DNA of 64,000 bases from a bacterium (GCA_963674965.2 CAXXFL010000005.1:128001-192000); one strand, 5' to 3'. Shown: positions 32,613-43,071, counted from the stretch's first letter. Made by a program: numbers and translations. The notes: generated from the letters alone by a model not told the origin.

Positions 32613-34049
32613 GTGAGGACCTCGAACGAAATGATCGAGCCCTACTACAGGGGAAGGACCGTGGTAAGGCTCCTGGCCATTAACGCCGAGCCCCACAAGC
32701 TCTTCGCCTGCCTGGCCTCCCGCAGGGGCAGTATATTCCTCGACAGCGCCCTCATGGACCGCTACGGTCTGGGCAGGTGGTCTTTTATCGCCTACGATCC
32801 TCTCTTCACCATCTCGAGCAGGGGAGACACCACGGCCTTCCGCATCGGCAAGCGAACGAGATGGGCCAGGGAAAACTTCTTCACCATGCTCCGCCGGTCC
32901 CTGGCCCAGTTCTCGGTGAAAAGCGATCCCTCCTGGATACCCTTCAGGGGCGGGGCGGCCGGCTTTTTTTCCTACGAGTTGGGCCGTCTGATCGAAAGAC
33001 TTCCCCAGACGACCGAGGACGACCTGGGCCTGCCCGAGAGCTGCGTGGGCTTTTACGACACGGTGCTGGCCTTCGACCATATCATGGAGCAGTGGTTCAT
33101 CTGCCATACGGACTTCGGCATGAGGCGTCTTAGCCTCGAGGACAGGCTCAGCGAGGTGAGGAAGTTCTCGATCGAGGCCAAGACCGTCAAGGCCCCGCCG
33201 GAGATCAAGACGGCCGATTTCCGCTCGAACTTCACCCAGGAGCGATACCTCGAGTCGATAATCAAGGCCAAGGAATACATCGTGGCCGGCGACATTTACC
33301 AGGTGAATCTTTCCCAGCGGTTCACCGCCGGCATAGGCGAGGCGGACCCCTACGACCTCTACCAGAGGCTCCGGGAAACCAACGCGGCTCCTTTCGCCGC
33401 CTTCCTCCAGTTCAAGGAGTTCCAGATACTCTCGAGCTCGCCCGAGCGCTTCCTCCGCGTCATCGACGACAAGGTCGAGACCCGACCGATCAAGGGCACC
33501 CGTCCCCGCGGGTCCTCGCCCAGGGAGGAGGCCTGGTACAAGGCCCAGCTTCTGGCCAGCGAAAAGGACAGGGCCGAGCTTAACATGATCGTGGACCTGG
33601 AAAGGAACGACCTGGGACGGGTGTGCAAGTACGGCTCGGTGGCCGTGGCCAGGCACGCCCAGTGCGAGACCTACGCCCGGGTCCACCACCTGGTGAGCAC
33701 CATCGAGGGTACCATAAGGGAAGACAAGGACGTGGCCGACCTCTTATTGGCCACCTTTCCAGGGGGAAGCATCACGGGAGCGCCTAAAATAAGGTCCATG
33801 GAAATTATCGACGAGCTCGAGCCCAACGTGAGAAGCGTCTATACCGGCTCCATGGGCTACGTCGGATTCAACGGGGACCTGGACCTGAATATCGCCATCC
33901 GCACCATGATCGCGGCCGATGGCCAGGTCCATTTCAACGCCGGCGGCGGCATCGTGTACGACTCCGACCCCGCGGGCGAGTACGAGGAAACCCACGACAA
34001 GGCCAGGGCCCTCATCGAGGCCCTGGGCAGAAGCGTCGACGGCTTCTGA
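32613..34049 (+). CDS. pabB: Aminodeoxychorismate synthase component I
   Basis: FLDS, GDIYQVNLS, SSPERF, TRPIKGT, EKDRAELNMIVDLERND, PGGSITGAPK. Confidence 0.92.
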   Translation: MRTSNEMIEPYYRGRTVVRLLAINAEPHKLFACLASRRGSIFLDSALMDRYGLGRWSFIAYDPLFTISSRGDTTAFRIGKRTRWARENFFTMLRRSLAQFSVKSDPSWIPFRGGAAGFFSYELGRLIERLPQTTEDDLGLPESCVGFYDTVLAFDHIMEQWFICHTDFGMRRLSLEDRLSEVRKFSIEAKTVKAPPEIKTADFRSNFTQERYLESIIKAKEYIVAGDIYQVNLSQRFTAGIGEADPYDLYQRLRETNAAPFAAFLQFKEFQILSSSPERFLRVIDDKVETRPIKGTRPRGSSPREEAWYKAQLLASEKDRAELNMIVDLERNDLGRVCKYGSVAVARHAQCETYARVHHLVSTIEGTIREDKDVADLLLATFPGGSITGAPKIRSMEIIDELEPNVRSVYTGSMGYVGFNGDLDLNIAIRTMIAADGQVHFNAGGGIVYDSDPAGEYEETHDKARALIEALGRSVDGF

Positions 34050-34084
34050 CGGCCGCCCGCCCCCGGGCGGGCAAGGAGGTGAAA

Positions 34085-34927
34085 ATGGGCGTTTCCATGA
34101 CGGTGGTGGCGGAAAACTCGGTGACCGCGGGGATAGGACTTATCGGCGAGCACGGCTTCTGCGCGCATATCGAGTCGGAGGGAAAGAGGGTCCTTTGGGA
34201 CACGGGACAGGGCTTCGCCCTTCCCCATAACGCGCCACGCCTGGGGGTGGACCTGAAAAAGATCGACGTCATCGCCCTCTCCCACGGCCATTTCGATCAC
34301 ACCGGCGGGCTGCCGGCGGCCCTCGCCCCCGAGGGGGAAAGAAAAATCGTGTGCCACCCCGCCTGCTTCGAGAAAAAAATGACCAAGCGCGAGATGTTCG
34401 GCAAGACCATCGAGGCCTTTATCGGGGCGCCTACCGAGCGGGGCAGGCTCGAGTCCATGGGCGCCCGCTTCAGCTTCGTGGAGGACTCGGTTGAGATAGC
34501 TCCCGGCGTCCATTTCATCACGGCTATACCCATGAAAAACGACTTCGAGAACATCGAGGCCGGCTTCTTTATCCAGAAGGAGGGGGAAAAGGTCCACGAC
34601 GACTTCAGGGACGACGCGGCCCTGGCCATCGAGACCGATGCAGGGGTGTCGGTTATCCTGGGATGCGCCCATCGCGGCGTCGTCAACACCCTCGAGCGGG
34701 TCATGGACATGTTCGGAGTAAAAAGCATTAACTCCGTCTGGGGCGGCACTCACATGATCGACCGGACGCCCGAGGAAGTGGAGAAGACCATCGAGGCCCT
34801 GAAGGCCATGAACGTAGGCCTGGTGGCCGCGGCCCACTGCACGGGACTGGAGAACGAGGCCAAGCTGGCCGCGGCGCTGCCGGGCAAGTTCGCCTTCGCC
34901 TCGGTGGGAGTAAGGGCCGTTCTGTAA
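34085..34927 (+). CDS. MBL-fold metallo-hydrolase (COG1237-like)
   Basis: EHGF, DTG, SHGHFDHTGG, GCAHRG, GGTH, HCTG. Confidence 0.88.
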   Translation: MGVSMTVVAENSVTAGIGLIGEHGFCAHIESEGKRVLWDTGQGFALPHNAPRLGVDLKKIDVIALSHGHFDHTGGLPAALAPEGERKIVCHPACFEKKMTKREMFGKTIEAFIGAPTERGRLESMGARFSFVEDSVEIAPGVHFITAIPMKNDFENIEAGFFIQKEGEKVHDDFRDDAALAIETDAGVSVILGCAHRGVVNTLERVMDMFGVKSINSVWGGTHMIDRTPEEVEKTIEALKAMNVGLVAAAHCTGLENEAKLAAALPGKFAFASVGVRAVL

Positions 34928-34974
34928 CGGGGCAAGAAAGATTTCTCAGCGAAGGAAATCGGATAGGGGTTTAC

Positions 34975-36114
34975 ATGTTTGAAATCAAGATGCCGGCGAG
35001 GATCAACGTCCTTGGCAATCCCTCCGACGCCAACGAGGGCGCTCACCAGACCATCAGCGCCGCCGTCAACGTCTGGGGAGGAGTCGAGGTTAGAGAAAGC
35101 GACGGCCTTAAGCTTTCCTTCCGGGCCGGGGCCGACGACTGTAACAACGGGCTCTCCCGACTCGAGGCCTCCTCCTTCCAGGACCTCGAGTACGGAAAGG
35201 GCTTTGACCTCCAGGTCGCCGCCATCAGGACCCTTGAAAAATACAGCGACGAGTTCCGACGCAAATACCATGAAAACCTTCCATCTTTGACCTTCTGGAC
35301 CGACATCCCCAGGCAGAGCGGACTCGGCGGCTCCACGGTCCTCGTGCTCCTGACCATGGTCTCCCTTATCAGCCATTACAAGCTGGATAAAAGAAAACAC
35401 AACGAGTACGCGCTGGGGGAGTTGGCGCAAAGGGCCGAGGAAAAGGAACTGGGCATCACCTGCGGTTACGCCGACCGTTACGTGCCCGTGTTCGGCGACG
35501 TGGCCTACATCGACTACCGGGGCAAGCTCTTCCACAAGGAAATCAAGACCGAGCCATATTGCACCTACGAAAAGCTGGGAGACAAGATCGACTGCCTTCC
35601 CCTGGTCATGTGCTCGACCGGTCTCAAGCACGACTCGGGCGACGTGCATCGCCCGATGCGCGCCCGCTATCTCGAGGAGTACAAGGAGTTTAAAGGCGAT
35701 TATAACGACGCTCCCTTCATGGTCAGGGTCATGAAGGAAATCGGAGACACGGCCTGGCAGGGCAAAATCGCCCTCCTGGAGGGGGACCTTTTCAGGTTCG
35801 GCGAGCTGATGAACGAGAACCACCGCCTGGTGAACGAGATGATGCTCTACTGCGGCTTCAGCGAGGGCGCGGGCGAGGCCAACAACGCCATGATCGAGGC
35901 CGGACTCAAGGCCGGGGCCCTGGGCGCCAAGCTGACGGGCGCGGGCGGCGGCGGCTCGGTCTTCATGCTTTCCCGGCCGGGGGAGGAGGAGCGCATCGCC
36001 GAAAGCCTGAAGAAGGCCCTTCGCGTGCATGGATACGGGGAGGGGCGCGTTTTTATTCCCCGGGTGGTGAGCGAGGGCGCCATCGTCATCGGCCGCGAGA
36101 TAGGCAAATCCTGA
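34975..36114 (+). CDS. GHMP sugar kinase, glucuronokinase-like
   Basis: ARINVLGNPSD, IPRQSGLGGS, AEEKELGITCG..DR, KLTGAGGGG. Confidence 0.85.
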   Translation: MFEIKMPARINVLGNPSDANEGAHQTISAAVNVWGGVEVRESDGLKLSFRAGADDCNNGLSRLEASSFQDLEYGKGFDLQVAAIRTLEKYSDEFRRKYHENLPSLTFWTDIPRQSGLGGSTVLVLLTMVSLISHYKLDKRKHNEYALGELAQRAEEKELGITCGYADRYVPVFGDVAYIDYRGKLFHKEIKTEPYCTYEKLGDKIDCLPLVMCSTGLKHDSGDVHRPMRARYLEEYKEFKGDYNDAPFMVRVMKEIGDTAWQGKIALLEGDLFRFGELMNENHRLVNEMMLYCGFSEGAGEANNAMIEAGLKAGALGAKLTGAGGGGSVFMLSRPGEEERIAESLKKALRVHGYGEGRVFIPRVVSEGAIVIGREIGKS

Positions 36115-36148
36115 CCGGCCGGTCCGGCCGCGGAAGAAGGGACGAGGA

Positions 36149-37120
36149 TTGATCGAGATACCCATCAGCGTCGTCATATTGGCCGCGGGAAAAGGCACGC
36201 GGCTGGGAACGCTCAACCTTGCTCACTCGAAGGCCATGACTCCTATTTTGGGAACTCCGGTGATCGAGCGGGTGGCCGACTCCTTCGTCCGGAGCGGCTG
36301 CCGTGACTTCGTGGTGGTGGCCAGTCCCGAGGACGATCCTCTTCTCGAGTGGGCCGGGACCTACGGCAACGGAGACCTCGAGGTCAGGGTGGCCCTGCAA
36401 AAGGAAAGGCTGGGCACGGCCCACGCCCTGCTTCAGGCCCGTCCCATGATACGCCAGGACTTCATCGTGACCTCTTGCGACAACCTTTACTCGGAGCGCC
36501 ACATATCCAACCTTCTCACGGCGCACCTGACCCACCGTCCTCCGGCGGTGGCGACCATATCCGACTTCGAGCCGCCCGACCTGGACCGGTCGGCGGGGGT
36601 GAAGCTCTCGGGCAACATGGTCCTCGAGATCAAGGAGAAACCGGGAAGGGAATCCCGGGGCTGGGACGCCATCAGCAAGTTCATGTTCACATTCCGCAAG
36701 GACCTGCTCGATTGCCTCGACGCGGTCCACCCGTCGCCAAGGGGGGAATACGAGCTGCAGGACGCCATTACCATGTTCATGGACATGTGCGACGAGTTCT
36801 GCCGCGCCGTCAAAGTGGGAAGATTTCTTCACCTCACCTCCCAGCGCGACCTCATCGATATTCACATGCACTACCTCGAGGCGCACAGGACAATGATCAT
36901 ACACCCCGAGGCCAAAGTCGAGCCGGGAGTGACCATGATCCATCCCGTCATGATCGACGCGGGCGCCATAATCGAGCAAGGATGCAGGATCGGGCCGTAC
37001 GTTTACGTGGGCAAGGGGGCCCGCCTGGGCGAGGGCGTCGAGGCGTCCGAGACCGTTATCTACCCCGGGGCCAAAGTCGGCCCGGGAACAACCGCGCGCT
37101 CGGAAATAATCGTGGAATAA
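36149..37120 (+). CDS. Sugar-phosphate nucleotidyltransferase with C-terminal LbH domain
   Basis: LAAGKGTRL, Q..RLGTAHA, EKP, SPRGEYELQDAI, hexapeptide repeats. Confidence 0.9.
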   Translation: MIEIPISVVILAAGKGTRLGTLNLAHSKAMTPILGTPVIERVADSFVRSGCRDFVVVASPEDDPLLEWAGTYGNGDLEVRVALQKERLGTAHALLQARPMIRQDFIVTSCDNLYSERHISNLLTAHLTHRPPAVATISDFEPPDLDRSAGVKLSGNMVLEIKEKPGRESRGWDAISKFMFTFRKDLLDCLDAVHPSPRGEYELQDAITMFMDMCDEFCRAVKVGRFLHLTSQRDLIDIHMHYLEAHRTMIIHPEAKVEPGVTMIHPVMIDAGAIIEQGCRIGPYVYVGKGARLGEGVEASETVIYPGAKVGPGTTARSEIIVE

Positions 37121-37133
37121 AAAGGGGGCGAAA

Positions 37134-38081
37134 GTGAAAAAGCCAAAGACAATGGCGCCTAAACGGGTCGCCGCGGCCGCCGGGTCCCTGGCGCTACTTA
37201 TTTTATGCGTCTGGGCCGTCTCGGCCCCGGCCAAGGACGAGAGGGGAGAGTTGGTGGTGGACGGGATCAAGCGGACCTACCTGGTCCACGCTCCCGAATC
37301 GATCTCGGAATCGGCCGGCGCGCCCCTGGTACTTGCCCTTCATGGCAGGTTTGGATCGGGCCGGCAAATGAGGAGGTCCTCCGGGTTCGACGGCATAGCC
37401 GACCGGGAAGGATTCATCGTCGCTTACCCGGACGGGTTCAAAAGAAGCTGGGCCGACGGCCGGGGCGAGGTCAAAAAAGGGGACCGGGAAATCGACGACG
37501 TGAAGTTCGTCTCCGCCCTTATCGACGAGTTGGCGGCCAAATACCCCGTGGATAAAGAGAGGGTGTACGCCTGCGGCATGTCCAACGGCGGCTTCATGTC
37601 CATGCGCCTGGCCTGCATGCTTTCCGACAAGGTCCACGCCGCGGCGGCCGTGGGCTCGACCTTTGGCGAGGACCTGTCAAGACAATGCGAGCCGGGAAGG
37701 GCCGTGCCCGTAATGATCGTCATGGGAAACGCCGACCCGATCGTGCCCTTTTCAGGCGGAAGGGTCGAGAAAAGCAATTTTCAGGGCAAGCTACTGTCGG
37801 CCTTCGACGCGGCCCAGTGGTGGTCGGCCAACGACGGATGCGAGAAGTCCCCCTCCGGCGAGACGGTGATCGACGGGGCGGACGACGGCACGAGGGCCAT
37901 CGAGAAAACATGGCGCGGCTGCCGGGATGACGCCTCCGTTGTCCTGATCGAGATCGAAAACGGTGGACATACCTGGCCCGGCGACGACCAGTACCTGCCG
38001 GTCAGGATGGTGGGGAAGACCTCGCAAGATTTCGACGCGAGCGAAAAGATATGGAGTTTCTTCAAGGGGGCCGCGGATTGA
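37134..38081 (+). CDS. Secreted alpha/beta hydrolase (LpqC/PHB depolymerase-like esterase)
   Basis: LVLALHG, AYPDG, DDV.F, GMSNGG nucleophile motif, GGHTWPG. Confidence 0.9.
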   Translation: MKKPKTMAPKRVAAAAGSLALLILCVWAVSAPAKDERGELVVDGIKRTYLVHAPESISESAGAPLVLALHGRFGSGRQMRRSSGFDGIADREGFIVAYPDGFKRSWADGRGEVKKGDREIDDVKFVSALIDELAAKYPVDKERVYACGMSNGGFMSMRLACMLSDKVHAAAAVGSTFGEDLSRQCEPGRAVPVMIVMGNADPIVPFSGGRVEKSNFQGKLLSAFDAAQWWSANDGCEKSPSGETVIDGADDGTRAIEKTWRGCRDDASVVLIEIENGGHTWPGDDQYLPVRMVGKTSQDFDASEKIWSFFKGAAD

Positions 38082-38269
38082 ATCCGCCCTGGACTCATTG
38101 GAGGCCAAATAAAAGCGAGTGTAATGACATGGGCGGATATGGCGACAATGGTGTTGATTTAGGCCTTGATAAATCCTATAATTCAAGCGTTACAAGAAGA
38201 TTGAACCGGGATTCAAGGAATTCGAGCCGGCAACTCCCGCGTGGCCTCGGCCATCGGGGCGGGGAAAGG

Positions 38270-39739
38270 ATGGAGATTATGAAAAGAGCCGCGGCTCTGG
38301 TTTTGGTAATACTTGCCGCCTTCACGATCACTATAAGCTGTTCGAGCGACCCCGGCGGCGGTGGTGGCGGCCTGTTCGACATGGGCGGTGAAAAGACCTA
38401 CTTCGACTGGGACATGCTGTTCCTGGTCATGGGCGACACCTGCCCCAAGGGCTTTGCCGGCAGCGGCTCGGGCCTGAGTCTCGAGGTGCTTCCCGGGGCC
38501 TCGTTGCCCATTCAGGGCCTCGGCCTTTATCCGGGCGTGAGGGGCAAGACGGACGGTACCCAATGGGAGGCGACCATACCCGAGGTCAAGACCCTTCACT
38601 TCTCGATCCTGGGCGAGGCCGGCGTGGTCAGCGAGGGCGACCAGGTCAAGGTCCATTTCATCTACAAGGCCGCGGCCGACGCCGAGAACGGCGATTACTT
38701 CCTGGCCAGGATATCCGACGGCGACCGTTTCCTCTACGCCGCCAAACTGCGGGGAGGGGCCATGGACGCGAACGTCGCCTCCGAGGCCGACTATTCCTAT
38801 ACGGCCCAGGCCGACGGCTTCGGCCTCCAGTTCATCATCGGACTCAGCGGTCCCGCGGACGTCTTCTACCTGGACGAGCTCGAGATATACGTTAACGACG
38901 TCCTGGTCTGGGCGGACTACTTCGAGGCGGGAGATTACACGCAGCCCCAGTTCCTGCCCGACGCCGGCAACCCGGTTTTCGTCAGGGTGGCGGCCCTTCC
39001 CTACCACCAGCTCGGCGAGTTCGGACTCTCGGCCGACGACGTCCTCGAGGGCGCGAATAGCCTCAAGGTCACCGGCGGAAGGTACTTCACCATGTACGGG
39101 CAGGGCGGCGAGTTCGACGGGTTCGCGGGCGTCATCCTGAACTTCCACGACCCCGACCCGCTCGATCCTTACATCGGGGAATCCATGGCCATGAAGCAGT
39201 CCAGTTCCTATATAGGGACTTACAAGGGCTATGACGACGTTCCCGCCGACTGCGCCGAGGAGGGCAGCCTGATGATCGCGGAGGACCCCTCTGGCAACGC
39301 CGACATATCCGGGGTGTGGACCATCCAGATCAGCGGCTATTGCGACGCCGGGGGAGGGACCCAGGAGGAGTTCCTCATGCAGTACTCCGACCTCGACGGG
39401 ACTTACGCCCTCGGCGATCCCGTCTCGGTGGCCAAGTTCCATACCCTCTTCCTCGGTTATCCCTTCGCCGACCCTTACGGGAACGCCTTCTCGAGCCCCA
39501 TCGGCCTTACCATGGGAGAGTCCGGCGTGCTCATCCTGAGCTGGGAATACATGACCAACCCCATGATGGCCCAGTTCGCCGGCGTATACGACAAGTCCTC
39601 GGGCGTAATCCAGGGACAGGTCCTGGGCGCCCTGCCCAAGGCCGACGGCTCGCCCTGCGTCCTCATCGAGGGCCAGAGCATGTTCCAGGCCACCATCGAC
39701 AAAAGCCACGACGTGCCCCCACCAGGCGCGGCCCCCTGA
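38270..39739 (+). CDS. Hypothetical lipoprotein
   Basis: Signal peptide ending TISC followed by a poly-Gly linker; host-like codon usage. Confidence 0.75.
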   Translation: MEIMKRAAALVLVILAAFTITISCSSDPGGGGGGLFDMGGEKTYFDWDMLFLVMGDTCPKGFAGSGSGLSLEVLPGASLPIQGLGLYPGVRGKTDGTQWEATIPEVKTLHFSILGEAGVVSEGDQVKVHFIYKAAADAENGDYFLARISDGDRFLYAAKLRGGAMDANVASEADYSYTAQADGFGLQFIIGLSGPADVFYLDELEIYVNDVLVWADYFEAGDYTQPQFLPDAGNPVFVRVAALPYHQLGEFGLSADDVLEGANSLKVTGGRYFTMYGQGGEFDGFAGVILNFHDPDPLDPYIGESMAMKQSSSYIGTYKGYDDVPADCAEEGSLMIAEDPSGNADISGVWTIQISGYCDAGGGTQEEFLMQYSDLDGTYALGDPVSVAKFHTLFLGYPFADPYGNAFSSPIGLTMGESGVLILSWEYMTNPMMAQFAGVYDKSSGVIQGQVLGALPKADGSPCVLIEGQSMFQATIDKSHDVPPPGAAP

Positions 39740-39758
39740 TCGTCGGCGCCAAAACCTC

Positions 39759-39792
39759 TCCCGCCCTTTCAAACGAAGGGGCGGGATTTTTT
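39759..39792 (+). terminator. Intrinsic terminator
   Basis: TCCCGCCCTT...AAGGGGCGGGA followed by T6. Confidence 0.7.
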
Positions 39793-39889
39793 GGGGGCAG
39801 AATTCGATTCATAACGTCTATCCTGGCGTTTCACGCCCGGCACGGCAAGTCCAATACAATTATGAATACGACGTCGGATAAAATATTAC

Positions 39890-39921
39890 TTGACAAAGCG
39901 GGGGGGGGGGGGGGGTAATAT
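39890..39921 (+). promoter_or_regulatory. Sigma70 promoter with poly-G spacer (candidate phase-variable)
   Basis: TTGACA-AAGC-G16-TAATAT, a 20-nt spacer. Confidence 0.65.
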
Positions 39922-40201
39922 TACGCCATAGCTTAAAAGTGGTGGCCCGACCCAATAGAAGTAAGCCTCGAATATCGAAAAATAATTACAAAGAACAGGC
40001 CATTTGAATTGGAAAGTATCACCATATTTTTTTCATAAAAAAAGTATTTATATGGGCATGTCAATTATTGCCCAAGCGCGGGTTTATAAAAATCTCAAAT
40101 CTAATCCGCAATTTCCGGATACTCCTCAAGCGGAGTGTTCAGGAAACGTCTAGGCCAATCGGTTTAAGTGTTTGGACGAAAAACAATAATTGGAGGTAGT
40201 G

Positions 40202-41029
40202 ATGGCAAAAAAATATTTTTTTCTACAATTGATTGTTTTCACGCTGCTGGCTCTTGGGTGCGGGCTCGATGCCTACGCGGCGGACAAAGCCGTTTTGGTA
40301 ATGGTGACCGCTTATACAAAAAACGCGCCGGGGAACCCCGTTGCTTCATATCCGGATGCCTGTGTTGGAGATTTTGTACCTGACGTGACACACTTGGCCA
40401 TGGGTAAGGAAGTCTTTGAGCCGGGCAACCTATATGAAGCCACAAGTATTTCGAGTTACGCCAGAGGGGAAAAAATCGCGAAAGCCTTGGGGGATTACAA
40501 CCTGATCGAAAAAACAAGAACGTCACTTCTTAATGATCTGAAAGAAAAAGGAATCAACGCCATACCCGTTTGCCTGGCCGGGGAAGACCCATCTTCGTCC
40601 GGCTGCGTAAAGGTGGAGGACAGTGAAACGCTGGTCGCGGAACACGGCGACAAGGACCTGTTGCTTGTTTCTATACGCTATTACGGTATTTACAACCGGA
40701 AGGCTTTTTTCAGGTCCTATGCCATGTATATGGATATTAATGAGACAAAAGGCGACTGGGTTTATCACATATGGTGGCCGCCGGACGAAGAGTTCGAAAA
40801 GGCCGAGGAAAAGCCGGGGGACGAATGGGCGGCCGATCCGGATGGTTTGGTAAAGACTTATGACGGCCTGATCGCCGGGTTTTCCAGCACCATCGCGAAA
40901 ATAGTCGCTGGAGAACTGGACCCGAAGAAAGTTTTCCCAAAATTGGAAAAACTGTCTACCAATAAGAGAACGGTTAAGGTGATGTTGAAGACGGCCATCA
41001 AAGCCGGCCAGAAATACAAAGCCCCATAA
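40202..41029 (+). CDS. Hypothetical secreted protein
   Basis: GGAGG RBS, signal peptide; lower GC. Confidence 0.75.
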   Translation: MAKKYFFLQLIVFTLLALGCGLDAYAADKAVLVMVTAYTKNAPGNPVASYPDACVGDFVPDVTHLAMGKEVFEPGNLYEATSISSYARGEKIAKALGDYNLIEKTRTSLLNDLKEKGINAIPVCLAGEDPSSSGCVKVEDSETLVAEHGDKDLLLVSIRYYGIYNRKAFFRSYAMYMDINETKGDWVYHIWWPPDEEFEKAEEKPGDEWAADPDGLVKTYDGLIAGFSSTIAKIVAGELDPKKVFPKLEKLSTNKRTVKVMLKTAIKAGQKYKAP

Positions 41030-41171
41030 TTACAGCGTGACGCGGCCCGTTCGGGCCAAAATCCATGCCCTTTAACATGAGCCCTTTCGCGACGAATTCA
41101 ATGAAAGAGGCGGAAATTTAGAGGCATTTTACTTTTCGTAATCCAAAACTCGAAGAAAAAAGGAGGAAAAA

Positions 41172-41846
41172 TTGAAACGGAATTATTTCCAAAACGTCTC
41201 CGCGGTTTTATTATTCCTGGCCGTCGTATTGGCGTGTTCATGCGCGACAAAGAACAATAAAGGCGCCTCTAACCAACCGGAGGTATTAAATGAAGAACCA
41301 AAGCCGGTGCCGGCGGAGTTGAACCCGACTAAAGAACATATTGACGGGACCGCACTGTTGGCAAGTTGCGAGACCTCATATTAAACCAGGAAAGAGGACA
41401 TGGACCACGTGGCCCCTGAATTCATAGAAAAACTCAATGAATCCGGTCTTTTTGAGAAAGCCTGCCTGGAGAGTGACAACAAGGCGCAAAACGGCGATCA
41501 AGAGTACAAGATATCGATATGGTACAACCTCGACACGGACTTTGACAATAAGGACATGGCGGGAAACGTCGCAACTGCGGCCCTGGTCGGAGGGTTGACG
41601 CTTGGAGTTGTGGACCTCAGCAAGACGAATGCATTGGAAAACTCCTTCACTTCCACTGGGCAAATGAGGGCTGAAGTAATATCTCCGAGCGGCGAAAATC
41701 GCCAATATGTCTCGGAATGGAAGGAGCAAGGAACGTCGAAAGGCAATGACCCCGAATGTTTCAGGCGTGCTTACGCCTCGATTCTCGATCAATGCTCGAT
41801 CGGCATTATTAACCAAATAGCAAAAGATGCCCAATTGGAGAAGTAG
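41172..41846 (+). pseudogene. Lipoprotein gene probably split by an in-frame TAA (alternatively two short CDS, 41172-41384 and 41400-41846)
   Basis: Both ORFs are in the same frame, reading ...CETSY*TRKEDMDHV...; only the first part has a lipobox (LACSC). Confidence 0.5.
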
Positions 41847-42243
41847 TTCGGGGACAATCTTCCGTTGCAAGTCCATAAATGGAAGAAGGGTTGAAAAAAG
41901 GTAGAAGAAATTCATAAACGAGGTTTGGCGTAAAACATTCATGGGAGGACAGACCGCCAGGTCGAAAAAACAGTTTTGCCAATTGTAGTTATTTTTTTTC
42001 GTAACATGCGCGGACGCCCTCTCGCCATCTCCTGGTGAAAAGCCAAAAAAGAAGACACTATCGATCAAAAGGCAAGTAACCTGAAATCATCCGGTCCATG
42101 CGAACTGGAGAAATCTCAGATGGCTAATCAATGGTATATCGACAAGGTGAATTTTGACTCGATTAAATTTTAACAAATGGCAAATTGTCTGCCGATAGAC
42201 AATTAACGAGAACAAAACAACGTGCATGGGAGGAGAGGATTAA

Positions 42244-43071
42244 GTGAAGAAAAAAAGTCTATATATTTTTCTGTTGTCCGCGTTTTTAATTTCTTCCGCG
42301 GCTCTTGCGGGTAAAATCCATAAGTCCGCAATAAAAGGCGATACTCGAAAAGTTGAAAAAATACTTGACAAAACTCCAGAAGAGGCCAACGCGAAGGACG
42401 AGGCGGGCAATTGTCCCTTGCATATTGCCGCAGAGTATGGACACGATGAAATTGTAAAGGTCCTTCTTGCAAAGGGAGCGGATGTAAACGCCATCGGAAA
42501 AAACGGCAACACTCCATTAAACGTCGCCGCGAAGATGGGCAAACTGGAGATAGCACAAATTCTACTATCGAATGGAGCGGATATAGCCGCGGAAGATACA
42601 AAAGGGCTTTCTCCGTTGCAGGCGGCCTTGATATTGGAAAGATGGGACGTTGCTCTTCTTCTTCTCCAAAAGGGGGCGGACGCGAAAAAACCGGACCTGA
42701 ATGGTTGGACCCCGTTACATTTCGCCGCTAAATACGGCAGGGTGAAACTGGCCGAGGAATTGATAGGAAAAGGAGTTGACATAAACGCGAAAAACAATGA
42801 AGGCCGAACGCCTTTGCAACTTACGTCATGCTCCCTCAAGCATGGAATGGCTCTAAAGGAAGTGGAGGACTGCGTAGGATCGCTTTCTATATTTGCCGAT
42901 CCTTGCGGCATGAGCAACGGGCCGTTGACTCTAAAGACCAACTCGGGAGAATTCGGCTTTGACCGATCATGCCGTTTAACTTCATGGCCAAAAACAATAC
43001 CCACCGTAATTAATACACCGGATCAAAAGGCCGCGGCCGAACTTCTTATTAAAAATGGAGCGACGAAATGA
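42244..43071 (+). CDS. Secreted ankyrin-repeat protein
   Basis: Signal peptide; repeats G.CPLHIAA, GNTPL.VAA, GWTPLHFAA, GADVNA. Confidence 0.92.
   Translation: MKKKSLYIFLLSAFLISSAALAGKIHKSAIKGDTRKVEKILDKTPEEANAKDEAGNCPLHIAAEYGHDEIVKVLLAKGADVNAIGKNGNTPLNVAAKMGKLEIAQILLSNGADIAAEDTKGLSPLQAALILERWDVALLLLQKGADAKKPDLNGWTPLHFAAKYGRVKLAEELIGKGVDINAKNNEGRTPLQLTSCSLKHGMALKEVEDCVGSLSIFADPCGMSNGPLTLKTNSGEFGFDRSCRLTSWPKTIPTVINTPDQKAAAELLIKNGATK

Noticed and set aside
39939-39953. TGGTGGCCCGACCC could be the reverse complement of a tRNA 3' end (att-like site) at the island edge
   Set aside because: No T-loop or cloverleaf and no second copy seen; too short to support
41850-42240. Possible gene remnant in an AT-rich gap
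   Set aside because: No frame gave a recognisable motif
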